Shown one piece after another: positions 1 to 12,800 of a stretch of 64,000 nt of DNA. Numbering within the stretch: position 1 is the stretch's first letter; every line of letters begins with the position of its first letter. This DNA is from Narcine bancroftii (lineage: Eukaryota), in contig NC_091472.1 in assembly GCF_036971445.1 (NCBI RefSeq), forward strand, positions 91,388,001-91,452,000, written 5' to 3'. Both the position numbers and the translations under genes were made by a program. Under the pieces are notes generated by a model. That model saw only the letters and a program-made list of their open reading frames with translations, had not been told where the DNA came from and ran no database searches.

Positions 1-499
1 CAAGCATTTCATAATTCATGCCAACATCTCTTCCATTTTGTGATCACTTGGCTCTGAACTGCCACACCATGCTTTTCACATTGAAGAAGCTGTATAAACA
101 TTCATTAACTCCTTTTCTCATATTTGCTGACATGTTGTTTTATTGTTAATGCACATTTTATGTGGCAATGCAGTTACAGGTTTAATACAGGAGGACGCTC
201 CTCACATACATCAGTTGTCCTATATCATAACATATGAGCAACAGAATAAATTCTGTCAACAGCACTCAAAGTGCTAGACAGACTGGAAACGTAACTGCTT
301 AACATTTGGTGATCAGAGATACTGACACCATGTCACATGGCTAATGTTTACAAAGATAACATTATAATGAAAACAGATAATACAATACAGTTAGTCTTCA
401 TGAAGGGGTCCATTGCTTCAACTTCTTTCTTTCTGATACTCGCCCCATCAAGTTCCTCCTATAGATTATTTTTTTGCTCCAGATTCTACCATCTATAAT

Positions 500-2870
500 C
501 TCCAGATTTATTGTCAGAGTGCATGCAAGACATCACATACAACCCTGAGATTCCTTTTCCTATAGGCCAAGCAGAATTTCCACTTATCAGTAACTGTAGA
601 CTGTCCTCAAGAAAATAGATAAGTATGTAAAAGAGAGAAATGTCATAAAGAAAGAAATATAAAAAACTGACTGTGCAATACAGAAAAAAAGAGAAATGTT
701 CAGTAATAAATAACATGCAAAATAAGAGTCTTTAAATGAATCTCTAATCGAGTTTGTTGTTTGGGAGTCTGATGGTGGGGAGGTAGCAACTGTTCCTGAA
801 CCTGATGGTACAAGTCTTATGACACCTATACCTCCTTCCTGATGGCAGCAGAGAGACGAGTAGTGTGGTGCAGTTCCTCTCCAATGGCAGTGTTCCCTGT
901 AGATGGTGGGGAGAGTTTTGCCTGTGATGTACTAGACTGTGTCCATTACCTTTTGCAGGGGTTTCTGCTCAGAGGTATTGATGCCCCATATTAGGCCATA
1001 TGTAGCCATTCAGCACACCTTCCACTAGGCATCTGTGGAATCCGCCAAGGTTTCTGATGTCATACTGCACATCCATAATTTCCTGAGGAAGTAGAGGCCC
1101 TAATGTGCTTTCTTCACGATCACATTTGTATGTTGGGGCCATGAAAGGTTCTCCGAAACAGTGACTCCCAGGAATTTAAATGTGCTCACCCTTTCCACCT
1201 CTGATCTCCCAACAATCACTGGATCCTACACCTCTGGTTTTCCCTACCTAAAGTCAGCTTCTTGGTTTTGGTGACAATGAGTGCAAGGTTGGTGCACCAT
1301 TCAACCAAATTATCAATCTCCCTCCTGCATGCTGACTCATTGCCCATTTTTTAATAGAACCCACTAGCATGGTATTGTCAGCAAATTTGTAGATGGTGTT
1401 ATTGTCATACCAAGCCACACAGTCATAGGTGTAAAGTGAGTAGAGCAGGGGCTAAGAACTCAGCCCCAGTGGTGCTCTGGTGCTTATGGAGATTGAGGAG
1501 GAGATGTTCTTGCCAATATGCATGGATTGTGGACTGGAGATGAGAAAACCAGGATCCAATTACACAGTGGGGTGTTGAGGCTCAGGGCTTGGAGTTTGCG
1601 GATTAATTTTGAGGGGGATGATGGTGTTGAATGGCAAACTAGAGACAAAATATATCATCCTGATGTCTGTCTTTGCTACCTAGGTACTGCAGGACATTGT
1701 GTAGTCAGTGGGATAGAAACTGCCATAGGCCTGTTGCTACGATTGGTGAACTGGAATGGTTCCATGTCACCACTCAGACAGGAGCAGATATGCTTCATCA
1801 CCAGCCTCTCAAAACTCTTCATTATTGTGGATGCAAGTCCCACTGGTCAATAGACATTGAGCCAAGTTACCAGACTCTTCTTGAGCGCAGGTACGATTCA
1901 CCAAGGAAATGGCTTTTTATAGGTCATACCTGCTCCTGCCATACTGATCTGGATCTCCAGACTAAATGTCTGTGATCTGGCTCTCAGCAGGTTCTGGATT
2001 TCATTGTTGATCCAGGGCATCTAGTTGAGGAAAACTCCAAAAGGTTCAGTGGGAACACACTCATCCACTGTTGCTTTGATAAAGTCCATAGCAGCCCTGG
2101 TGCAATCATTCAGATCTGTAGCTGGGTTCTTGAACACTGCCCAATCCACTGACTTGAGGCAATCCTGCGACCGTTCTTCAGCCTCCTGTGCCCACTGTCT
2201 TGATCATTAGAGCCTCTATTTTTAAACCCTGTCTATATGCAGGCAGAAGGGGCAGAGCCAGGTGATCAGACTTGACAAAATGCAGTCTACGAAAAGAATG
2301 GTTGCCCTTCTTTATCTTGGTGTAGCAGGGAGCAAGTATGCTGGGACCTCTGGGACAGTAGGTTACATGCTGGTGATAGTTGAGCAGGGTTTTCTTAAGA
2401 TGGGCATGGTTAACATCACCAAATATATTTGTAGTGCATTGGGGGGGACAGTCTCTTGTCTACTGACATCATGCAATTCTGCAAGTGCCTGTTTGTAATT
2501 GGCATCAGGAGGGAATATAAACTCTGTTGAGTATCACTGAAGAGAATTCTTGAGGTAGATAGAGGGTCTTCATTTAATCGAGATTTGCTCTAAGATAGTG
2601 GAACAGGAAGTTGGCATGACCCCAATATTCATGCACCACCCAGTATTAACTAAAAGGCACACATTGCCCCTCTCTTCGCTAGAATCTGAGTTCCGATCCA
2701 GTCTGTGAAATGTGAAACCCTCTGGTCAGATCACCGTGTTCGGTGTCTACATTGTGTCAGTGCAGCAAACAACTGAGATTTGTCTCACCAGTCTCTGATA
2801 AAGCAGCCATGCTTGCCCTGAGGTCATCAATTTTATTCTCCAATGATTGAGCATTTGCTAGTAGCATGGC
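500..2870 (-). mobile_element. Rex1/Babar-type LINE, decayed, internally deleted
   Basis: 3' tail TGACAATAAATCTGGA on minus at ~500; RT remnants (CNWILVF-, GAPLGLSS-like) at 1300-1620; APE remnants on minus near 2450-2870 (YIPPDANYKQALAELHD, LLANAQSLENKIDDL); many stops and frameshifts. Confidence 0.8.
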
Positions 2871-4654
2871 AAATTCCACCCATGTTGTGGTAAGAATGTC
2901 AGCCCCAGATTTCTTTCTCTATTACATGGAATGTACTGCAAGATTGTACTTGTCCTACATCTCTGCTGTTCTTTATATGCTTCAAAAACCTCTATCTATT
3001 CCATCAACACATATCTCTAGCTTTACCCTTCTTGCCTTGCTGAGCCAAATTCAATTACTTATGTGCAGAGCTTCAGACTTTACCACCATTTGGGTAAAAG
3101 GGGTATTCATAAATTACTGGTCACTAATATGAGGAAGGCCAACATTTATTGCCTTACCAACTTGTCCTCCAGAACGTGGTGGGGAGCTGCTTGCATGAAT
3201 CATTGCAGACCTTCTGCTGAAGCCAATCCCATGGGGTTACTGGGCCAAGTTCCAAGATTTCCACTCAGCGACAAGGGGGTGGCAATACATTTTCAAGTCA
3301 GGATGGTGAACGACTTGAAGGGGAACCTGCAGATGGTGGTGTTCCTTGGGCCCTCTGCCTCCAGGCATAAGGCCCATGGGCTTTGGAGGTGTTGTCTAAA
3401 AGGGTCTGGGCAACCAACGTGCACTGATGGTGAAGGGTGAGCAGTAGGGGGCGGGGGGTATAGAAGCAACCAAGCAGATTGCTTTGTTTTGGAAGGCACC
3501 GAGCTTCATGTGAATTGTTGGGAGTTGTATACATGCAGTAAAGTGGAGAACATCCATTATATTCCTTCTCTGTACCTTGTGGATGGTGGAAGGGCTTTGG
3601 GTTAGGAGATGAGAGTTTATTATCTTACACACAAGGACGATGCACAGATGCAATGAAATTTCTGTTTGCTGAAGATACAGAACAAACAAGAAATACAAAT
3701 TAAATACAATACTCCACAAGTGGAATAAAACTAATTTGCAAATAGTGCTGCCATATATTGGTGACGCACTTCTAGCAGCTGAGCAGGATATGAGGCACAA
3801 CTTATAGCCATGTATCAGTCTCTGATCTGCTCTCGTGCCATGGTACACGTGTTTGGACCAGTTGAGTTTCTGATCAATGGTGAAACCGTTCCTTCCGCCC
3901 CCTCCCCCCCCCCACCCCCCACCCCCTCACAAGATTGTCAATGGTTGAGGACTTGGCCGTGGTTATAGGATTGAATGTCATGGGGTAGGTGAACATCATG
4001 GAAACTGGTCTTTGGTGGGGATCCTCAGCTCCTTAACATTCTTGACCTTTCCAACCCTTCATTTCCCCCTCGTCCCAACACAGGTCTGAGCAACCAGAGG
4101 GCCTGGACATAATTACATCTCTCAGCCACCTGTCAGTGCTCCTTCACCACACATCAGTGCACATTCCAATGGATATGGTGTTCAAACCCACACCTTCCCA
4201 TGTCAAATATTCCAACGATTTCCAGCAAGGGGTTTAAAGTAAATGCTAAGCTTGCAAGTTGCTGTAAAAAAATCCAACTGGGTGCCCAGTGATCCTGAGT
4301 GACCTCAGGTCGACTACAAATTTATTGTTGGACTATACCTGGTAGAGTGAGAAGGGCTCTTCAATTTAACAGGTAAACTCCAACATTCATACAGCCATAC
4401 AAAGTAGAGGAGCAAGAGCACAAATGTAGACAGTTAAAAAGATCAATTAGTACATAGCAAGGGCAACACAATAACACTGTTTTGGGGTTCACTCAGGAAC
4501 CTGATGACTTCGGAGAAGAAACACTTTAACTGGTATGTAATTTCACACTTTGGAACCTCTCCATGATGGGAGGATTGGTCCTTCAGTACATTGGTTGCCT
4601 TTCCTAGGTAATGGGGGATGGGATGGATGAAGGGAGAGGGAGGTTTGTGCGATT

Positions 4655-4912
4655 TTAAAAAAAAATTTAGACATGTAGCACAGTAACAGGCTCTTTCAGC
4701 TCATGAGCCCGTGCAGCCCAATTTACACCCAATTGACGTCCAACCCCCAGAACATTTTGAAGGGTGGGAGGAAACCAGCGTCCCCAGGAAAAACTAACAC
4801 AGACATGGGGAGAACATACAAACTCCTTACAGACAGCGTGGGATTCGAATCCAAGTCCCGATCACTGGCGTTGTAACAGCATTGTGTTAACTGCTACATC
4901 AACCATGCCGAT
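4655..4912 (-). mobile_element. tRNA-derived V-SINE-like element
   Basis: Reverse complement has the GGCATGGTT...GGATTCGAATCCC A/B-box head, the CTGTCTGTAAGGAGTTTGTATGTTCTCCCC core and the TGTCTAAATTTT tail shared with copies at 6.35, 9.3, 30.3 and 43.4 kb. Confidence 0.85.
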
Positions 4913-6032
4913 GTTGTGAGCTGCATTCAGGGCAGATATGGAGATAATCCCTCTTGTAAGAATCTAGAAAAATGGGTTTCAAAGTAAGGGGTCATCCATT
5001 TAAGATAGTGACAAGCTATCTTGGTTCATCTTTGAAGGTCACATCTTCCTTAAAAGGATGTGGAAATAGAGTTTTTGAATTTGTCAGAGGTAGATGGATT
5101 CATGCTGAACAAGGGGAAAAGATTTGAGGCTTCAATCAGATCAGCTTAGTTGGGTGATGCAGCAACCTCAAGAGCCTACTCTTGCTCTTAATCAGTACGT
5201 TTGTCCTGAACCTTAAGAAAACTTCAGTTCCACAAAAACAAAAGAAAGAGGAGCAGGAGTCAGCCACTAAGGCCTGCCAAGCCTGCTCCGTTATTTGTAA
5301 GATCAGGGCTGATCCGGATGTGGGCTATCCACCTACCTGCCTTTTCCTCACAACCCCTAAATCCCCTTCTGTGCAAAAATCTGTGCCTTAAATACATTTA
5401 ATGGGGCAGACTCACTGCTTTCTTGGAAAATAATTCCTCAGCTTCATTAATCTTTGAAGACAGCTGTACTTCCTCATCTTCATCTTATCTACTCCCCTGA
5501 ATCTTAATTCTAGTCTCAACTACCACTGTACTAATTTTCCAACATTGTACTCAATCTACCAGACCCTTTCCCATTCCTCAGCCTGTCTGATCCGAGTAGG
5601 TTAACTCTCAACTCTCCTCAAGCAAATGATCAAGTCACACCGTACTCATTAGGTTGCTGGACTGCAATGAGTACCATTGCCATCACAGACCAACTAAGCA
5701 CAAGTAATATGCATCCTAGCTTTTTCTGAAGCCTTGGGAGTTTAAAAACAATTTCAGGGCAGTACACTATTAAAAATTGCAAAATTTTCCCTTTCTCTAT
5801 AAACTTCGAGACAAGTTTATACACATCACAAAAGTGGAGATTGCACAACATCAGTTTTAAATTGATTTAAAACACTGGAATTCTGGACAAGGTACCTACA
5901 GTTTCTGATTACTTTAACTTCAGCCAATGAATGAGCTGCTCTAATACAGCAGGAATTGCTAAAATTAACAACTAAAGGTCTTTGTATATTTACCAGTTAC
6001 CTCATCAAAATGCAAATCCAGAAGCTTCTTAC

Positions 6033-6070
6033 CTGAAAGATTCCAAATTGGTTGAAGTTACAGAAATAAC
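6033..6070 (-). other. Candidate 38-nt internal exon (probably 5' UTR) of the minus-strand gene
   Basis: On minus: pyrimidine-rich CTCTTTATCTACTTGCTTAACTTTTGCAG acceptor, 38 nt, then a consensus donor CAG|GTAAG; lies in a repeat-free patch. Confidence 0.55.
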
Positions 6071-6348
6071 CTGCAAAAGTTAAGCAAGTAGATAAAGAGC
6101 AAGTGTGTCCTGGGATGATTTCATACAATCGTTGTACAGCCTCAGATTAACATTTATAAAGGTCAGCAAAGTAGGTGCACATTAATTTTGTAGGCTCGGG
6201 AAACCAGAGACTAATGACCTGCAGTAACACCCTCCCATTAATTGTTCCCACGCTTATTGCTTCTATTCTTCCACTCTGTATTTCTCTCGGAAAGACTAGC
6301 TGCTGGAAGAACTCAGCAGGTCAGGCAGCATCTGTGAACAGTTGATAT

Positions 6349-6580
6349 GCGGCATGGTTCACACAATGCTGTTACAGTGTTAGCGACCAGGGTTTGAGTC
6401 CAGCGCTGTCTGTAAGGAGTTGGTAATTCTACTGTGTCTGTGTGGGTTTCTACCAAGTGCTCCAGTTTCCTCCCACCCTCCAAAATGTATTGGGGGCTGT
6501 AGGTCAATTGGGTGTAATTGGACGACATGGGTTTGTGGGCTAAAAAGGCCTGTTACCGTGCTGTACGTCTAATTTTTAAA
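6349..6580 (+). mobile_element. tRNA-derived V-SINE-like element
   Basis: GCGGCATGGTT head, GCTGTCTGTAAGGAGTT core, GCTCCAGTTTCCTCCCAC, tail GTCTAATTTTTAAA. Confidence 0.85.
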
Positions 6581-7234
6581 ATCCACAGATGGACTTCTTA
6601 CTGGATACAGTTGTATCATTAATGTTGTCAATTTAAATAATTTGTTCTGATTTTATCAGTGACTTACACATTGGTACGCTGAACCAGTGAATACTCTTGT
6701 CATTATTCTCAAATGGCTGCCCATACTCTGCTTGCATTGAACTTGAGATCTTGCATAAGCACCCACTAATTGCAGAGTTTACAGTGAAAGGAAACTCCTC
6801 CTTCATTACTTCACATTGGGATGGGATTGCAAACCACAGCTCCCTCTACTTCCCCAGCTGGACAGAAATGACACTGTCTGATTGTAAGGCACTCAGATTC
6901 CAGGCCAAAGCTTTCCCTTCAGTCTACACCACTAAAAATCAAAGGGCATAATCCCACTGGTGTTTGTAGTAGCCATCTGTGGCGCAATTGACTGCTGTAG
7001 TACAACTTGCAACTACACTTCCAAACGTTGCATAGCATTTTGAGGCTTCTGGGCGACAAATTATAATACAAATGCAAGCCCTTTTATCTACATCAACAGT
7101 GATTTGTCAGAGACCAAGCTGGTGATGGCCCCTTGCTTACAATACGTTAAATAGAGAGGTGTGGTCACACATGAAGCTTGCTGGATTTATTATTGGTAGC
7201 ATAATGTGTTTAGTTCTTGCTTGGTCAGGGGTGC

Positions 7235-7421
7235 NNNNNNNNNNNNNNNNNNNNNNNNNNNNNNNNNNNNNNNNNNNNNNNNNNNNNNNNNNNNNNNNNN
7301 NNNNNNNNNNNNNNNNNNNNNNNNNNNNNNNNNNNNNNNNNNNNNNNNNNNNNNNNNNNNNNNNNNNNNNNNNNNNNNNNNNNNNNNNNNNNNNNNNNNN
7401 NNNNNNNNNNNNNNNNNNNNN
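7235..7421. other. Assembly gap / N run (187 nt)
   Basis: Run of N. Confidence 1.
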
Positions 7422-7644
7422 CACCCCCACAGTCGGGCTTTATTTGCTAGGAAGTGCTTTGGGAAATCCTGGGATTGTGCAATGCCTGGTGCAAATCCAA
7501 ACCTTTTTCAACCCCTTCTGCTGTTAACTAACCACCTTTATGCCTAGAAGCATAAACAACTTTAGGCCAGACCTCTTTTCCAGTTACTAGACACTGTTCC
7601 ACATGTTAAGATGTTTCCAATTTAAATTAAACTAGAGAAACACT

Positions 7645-8640
7645 ATCAGAATCAAAATTTATTGACGTGAACGAGTCATAAAATTGGTTGTTTTGCAGCA
7701 TCACAGTCCAAATATTTGTATAAACCAACTTACAAAAAAATAAATAAAAATAGTGCACGAAAAATCAAAGTGAAGCAATGTCTTTGGTTCATTGATCATT
7801 CAGGAATCTGATGGCAGTGGGAAAGAAGCTGTCCTTGTGCCACTGAGTGCATGACTTTAGGCTCCTGTACTTTTTTCTCGATGGTAGCAGAGTGAAGAGG
7901 GCATGGCCTGGGTGGTGGGGATCCTTAAGTTGAGAGACCGCTTTCTTAAGACACCGCCTCATATAGATGTCCTCAATGGAGTGAAGTCTGGTGCCTGTGA
8001 TGTTGGAGGACGAGTTAACAACCTTCTGGAGTATTTTCTTGTTCTGGACATTGGCACTTCCATACCAGACTATGACGCAACCAGCCAGAATGTTCTCCAA
8101 AGTACCCTTGTAGATATCAAGAGACTTCAGTTACATACCAAATCTCCTCAAACACTCACCAAGTATAGCCGTTGGCGAGCCTTCTTAATGATGCATCAAC
8201 ATGCAGGCTCTAGGACAGATTCTCGGAGATGTTGACACCCAGGAATTTGAAGTTCTTGACTCCCTCTGCTACCATATCCTCAATGAGGACTGGGTGGTGT
8301 TCTCCTGATTTTCTCCTGAAGTTCACAATCATTTCCTTGGTTTTTCTAGTATTGATGGAGTGACACCACTCAATGAGCTGATCTATCTTCCTTCTGTACA
8401 CTTCCTCATTGCCATCGGCAAATTGATAGCACTGGAATTGTGCCTGGCCACAGTGGGCTAAGCACACATCCTTGAGGTGCACCTGTGTTGAGAGTCAGTG
8501 ATGAGATGTTGTTTCCAATTCATACTGACTGTGGCCTTCCAATGAGGAAGTCAAGGGTCCAGTTGCTGATGGGGTTGCAGAGGCCCAGTGTTTGAAACTT
8601 CTTGACCAGCACTGAGGGAATAATAGTGTTGAAGGCTGTT
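7645..8640 (-). mobile_element. Rex1/Babar LINE 3' portion (RT C-terminus)
   Basis: ORFs 7789-8100 (LKDPHHPGHALFTLLPSRKKYRS...DSFFPTAIRFLN) and 8210-8482 (KTKEMIVNFRR, FKFLGVNISENLS) carry Rex1 motifs. Confidence 0.9.
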
Positions 8641-9109
8641 TTAGAGGTGATTCAAGAACTGCAGATGCTGGAATCTTCAGCAAACAATGCAAACCTGCAA
8701 GGACTCAGCAGGTCAGGTAATCTCCCCTTCCCATCCTACTCTCAAGAAAAGGATGCCACCAAAATGTTCACTGTCCACTTTCCCAATCCCCGATCTGCTG
8801 AGCCTCTCCAGCTTCTCAGTAATTAGTGATAAACCCATCAGCCAAGACCCTCTGACATTGCCATCTACCCTGTTGCATCACCCCCCCCACCCCCACCCCT
8901 GAGGTATCTGCAGATCTAAGAGTTGGAGTCCAAACAATCACAGCTATCTCAGCTGACTGAAGTGAGCACTTTGGTTCAATGACAGTAACTCACCAATAGA
9001 TTATAACATTGAAGTCAAAGTCCAGAGGTGAAAAGAGCCTGTCTGGACTAGTTCAGCACAGAAGTAAATAGGTGGCACAGCATGAACAAATTATTTAACT
9101 CTCCACCAT

Positions 9110-9770
9110 TAGTGATACAACTGAACCAGTTACATCTTCCAATCAGATGGCATTAATGTCGACCTCCAATTTCTATTAAAACCTTCCCCAGAGTCCCTCT
9201 CTTTCCCTACTCATTTCCTCCAGCTCTCTACCCCGTTTCCTCTTCAATCAGGGAGCTATCCCCTCCCTCCATCACTTCTCAGTATTTTTCTCTTCTCAGG
9301 CAGCATGGTTAGTGTAGCAGTTAGCACAACACTGTAACAGCACCCAGTGATTGGGATAAGGGTTCGAATCCCATACTGTCTGTAAGGAGTTCGTACGTTC
9401 CTCCAATCTTTGCTTGGATTTTCCCCAGGGGCTCCAGTGTCCTCCCATGGTGTCAAAATGTACTGGGGTTGTAGGTCAATTGGGTGTAATTGGGCAGCAC
9501 TGGCTCGTGGGCTGAAAGGCCCTGTTACCATGCTGTATGTTTAAATTTACCCTCCCATCAGTCTCCATCCATGACCTCTCACCTGTTAGCTTGTGCTCCA
9601 CCCGCTGCCACTTCCTCCCTCCACCTGCTTACTTTCAGCTCATACTTTGACGAAGGGCTGAGCACCGAAACGCTCTGCTACTTCCAATAAAAGGTCACAC
9701 AGTATCTGAATATCTCCAGCACTTTTGTCCATTGCATTCAACCCAGTGTCTGCAGAATTTCTTGTTTCAT
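9110..9770 (+). mobile_element. Penelope-like element 3' end/terminal repeat, interrupted by a SINE
   Basis: CAGATGGCATTAATGTCGAC (C-terminal DGINVD motif), pyrimidine-rich region, TTGACGAAGGG...CCGAAACG, TCTCCAGCACTTTTG...CTGCAGA tail. Confidence 0.65.
9299..9548 (+). mobile_element. tRNA-derived V-SINE-like element
   Basis: GGCAGCATGGTTAGTGTAGCAGTTAGC A-box region, GGTTCGAATCCC B box, conserved core and tail. Confidence 0.9.
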
Positions 9771-10245
9771 TCAGTTACTATCACCCAGTTAAATTCACAT
9801 CATGGGAATGTACACATAACCTTGGCTAATGTGCCAGTGCAGAACTGATGGAGCTCTGAAGGACCAGAGCAGGACATCCTCACTCCAAAGGAGAAGCCTG
9901 GCAGAGGACCCTATTGGAAGGAGATCCCAGCGAAGGGCTCGGTGGCCAAAGGATATGCATCAGGCCAAGGCACTAGCCTGTGGGAAACAGACCTTGGGAC
10001 CAAGATTTATGAGGATTCTGATGTTGATCAGGGCTCCCAAAGTACCTCAGGTGTTAACAGCTTCAGCTCAGAACCAGGGCCAAGAAGAGTGCCTCAGATA
10101 CCTGGAGCTCAGGTTCACCACTGGAATACGGAGGTTGAGGGGGCACAGGAGGTGACAGCATCAAAGGAAATGGTGGGATCAACGGACACTCATTATCTCT
10201 GAATGGGCTCTCCTTTTCCTTTCTTGATGGGGAGTCGGACTAAAG

Positions 10246-10613
10246 CAGTGGTTCTCAACCTTTTTCTTTCCACTCACATATCACTTTAAGTATTCCTTAT
10301 GCTATCGGTGCTCTGTAAGGTATTGCTCAAGGTGGCATGTGAGTGAGAAGGAAGGTTGAGAATCACTGCTCTAGATCCAATTGATATAGAAATATTTTGC
10401 TTGAGAAAAATTCTCACTGGTCCATTTCCTTTAGAGTTCTGAATTCGTCCAAATAACGAGTCAATTAGGTACGATTAAAATAGTGGTTTTCGAACTTTTT
10501 CTTTCCACCCACATATCACTTTTAAGTAATCTCTTACTAATCACAAAGCTCCGATGGTATAGGGAATACTTAAAGTGGTATGTGAGTGGAAAGAAAAAGG
10601 CTGAGAACCACTG
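10246..10613. mobile_element. Composite hAT/Charlie-type MITE (two palindromic units plus spacer)
   Basis: TIRs CAGTGGTTCTCAACCTTTTTCTTTCCACTCACATA / TATGTGAGTGGAAAGAAAAAGGCTGAGAACCACTG; internal TIRs end at 10367 and begin at 10481; flanks GACTAAAG / (T)GACTAGAG. Confidence 0.85.
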
Positions 10614-11109
10614 TGACTAGAGGCACTTCTTTGTGTGTCTTTACAAACAAAATAATATTGTGTGCAGGATAATCAAGAAACCATAACCCAGAGGTGGCAT
10701 CTTTTCGGCAATTTACTGAAGCAGAGACTTCATCTGGTCCCCTTGAGTGGATGGGAGTTCTTCCTATGATTCACTCAGGAATACACGAGAATGGAATACA
10801 CCACAATCTCTACATTACAACATTGAAAATTCTTCAAAAAAATTGAATTTTGCCGCAAGGTTCTCTGACCCCCAGTTTGTATTGGCTTCTCTCAAGACTC
10901 TTGATCACAAACAGTTTAAGGCATTCTCTTAAAGCAGTTTGTTTCAAAATAAAACGCTGGGCTAGACAATTGCAATCAAACCAGCCATGATCTTATTGAA
11001 CGGCAAAGCACAACTGAAGAATCAAGTGCTCTCCTCTTGCTCCCAAATTTTATATTAATTTGGAACTCCATTCTGAGAAAAAAAGAGTTGCCTTGCAAGA
11101 TTAACTAAG

Positions 11110-12265
11110 GAGAACCCTATCCAAAGTGTACCCACACAAAGCGGCAGGACCAGACAACATACATGGTTGGGTACTGAAAGGCTACGCAGACTAAATGGCA
11201 GAGGTCTTCACAGACATCTCACTCCAGCAGTCCATCATTCCAGCAGGGTTCAAGACGGCCTCAATGACCTTTGGCATTGACATCCACCATTATGAAATGC
11301 TTTGAGCTCCTGGTGATGGAATGCATCAAAGAGCACCCTCCTAGAGATGCTGAACCCATTTCAATTCACCTATAGAAGAAACTGTTTTTGCCTCATCGCT
11401 TCATTTGGTCCTGGCCCACTTTAGAACAATGCCTCATATGTCAGGCTGCTATTCATCAACTTCAGCTCAGCGTTTGATACAATCATTCCCCAGAGGCTGG
11501 TGGAGAAGCGATCCTCACTGGGACTCAACCACCCTCTCTGTAATTGGATCCTGGACTTCCTAATGGAATGACCACAGTCCATCTGGGTTGGCAACAGAAT
11601 ATCAAGCACCATCATGCTGAGCACTGGTGCACCTCAGGGCTGTGTGCTCAGCCCACTGCTGTTCGCCAGATCCAGTTCCAACAGTGTCATCAAGTTTGCA
11701 GATGAAACAAAAGTCGCACTACAGAGAAGAGATGAAAAATCTCATGAAATGGTGTGGAAGTAACAACTCGCGACTTAAAGAGGACAAGATGAAGGAGATG
11801 ATTGTGGACTTCAGGAGGACCAGGAAAAACCATCCTCCACTACACTACATCAATTCTGTAGTAGAGTGGAGAGCACCAAGTTCCTTGGAGTTCACTCAAT
11901 TGGTGACCTATCGTGGACACTCAACATCTCCTCACTTGTCAAGAAAGTGCAAGTGCGACTGCACTTCCTGAGAACAATGAAGCAGGCAAAGCTACCGGCC
12001 ACCATCATGTCAACCTTCTATAGGGCCTCTATCAATAGCATCCTGGCCAACTGCATCACAGTGTGGTAATCATCCGAGATGCTCATTTAAACAAAACAAA
12101 ATTTAATTTATTTATTTTTACAGATAAAATACTTGTCCTGTATGTGTATTGTTTGTCTATATTTGTGTTAAGTCTGGTTGTACATCTATATGTTTTGCAC
12201 TGAGAATGTTGTTTCGTCAGGTTGTACTTGTTCAATCAGATGAATACAATTTTGATTTGAGAATT
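11110..12265 (+). mobile_element. Rex1/Babar LINE fragment
   Basis: [48 protein letters not shown] motifs; degenerate tail GATGAATACAATTTTGATTTGA. Confidence 0.9.
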
Positions 12266-12514
12266 TTTCAAGTTTAGAAGCTTCAAGATTAGTCCAAGGG
12301 TGTTGGTTAAAATGTTCAAAGATGCTAATAGGTTAGACCAGTAGTCAATAAAGTAGTCAATATCAACCCTAGGGGTCAATGGAACTACCCAAGGGGTTGA
12401 TAAATGCCAGGGGATAAAAAGGGAGTTGTCCAGCATTGGGATTCCATGCCTGGGGGGTTGATGAGGAATCAATTATTCCATGAAGGGGGTCAATGGTCTA
12501 AAAAAAAAATTCAC

Positions 12515-12800
12515 CTGATGGCAGCCTGCACTTCATCCTTGGACACTAACATTAGAGGATCATCAGGGAACATAGGAGTGCGCAGTGGTTCTTCCTTGCT
12601 GTGGTGCTCAAATCAGGCATAGAAGGCATTGAGTCTATCTGGGAGTGAAGCTTTGCTGTCTTCTACTGCACCGGATTTGCATTTGTTGCAGGTTACGTTA
12701 TTTAGGCCCTGCTACAGCTGTCAGCTCATCTGGTATCTCCACTTCACCCTGGAGATGGCTTCTCGTAGGTCGTATCTGCTCTTTGTGGAGCATCAAGAAG
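12515..12800 (-). mobile_element. Rex1/Babar LINE internal fragment
   Basis: Minus strand reads SRYDLREAISRVK and SLPDRLNAFYA, typical of the Rex1 EN-RT linker. Confidence 0.7.

Noticed and set aside
7137-7547. ORFs spanning N runs (also 45045-45428)
   Set aside because: Artefacts of translating through assembly gaps
9299-9375. tRNA gene (GGTTCGAATCCC)
   Set aside because: It is the tRNA-derived head of a SINE, followed by SINE core and tail
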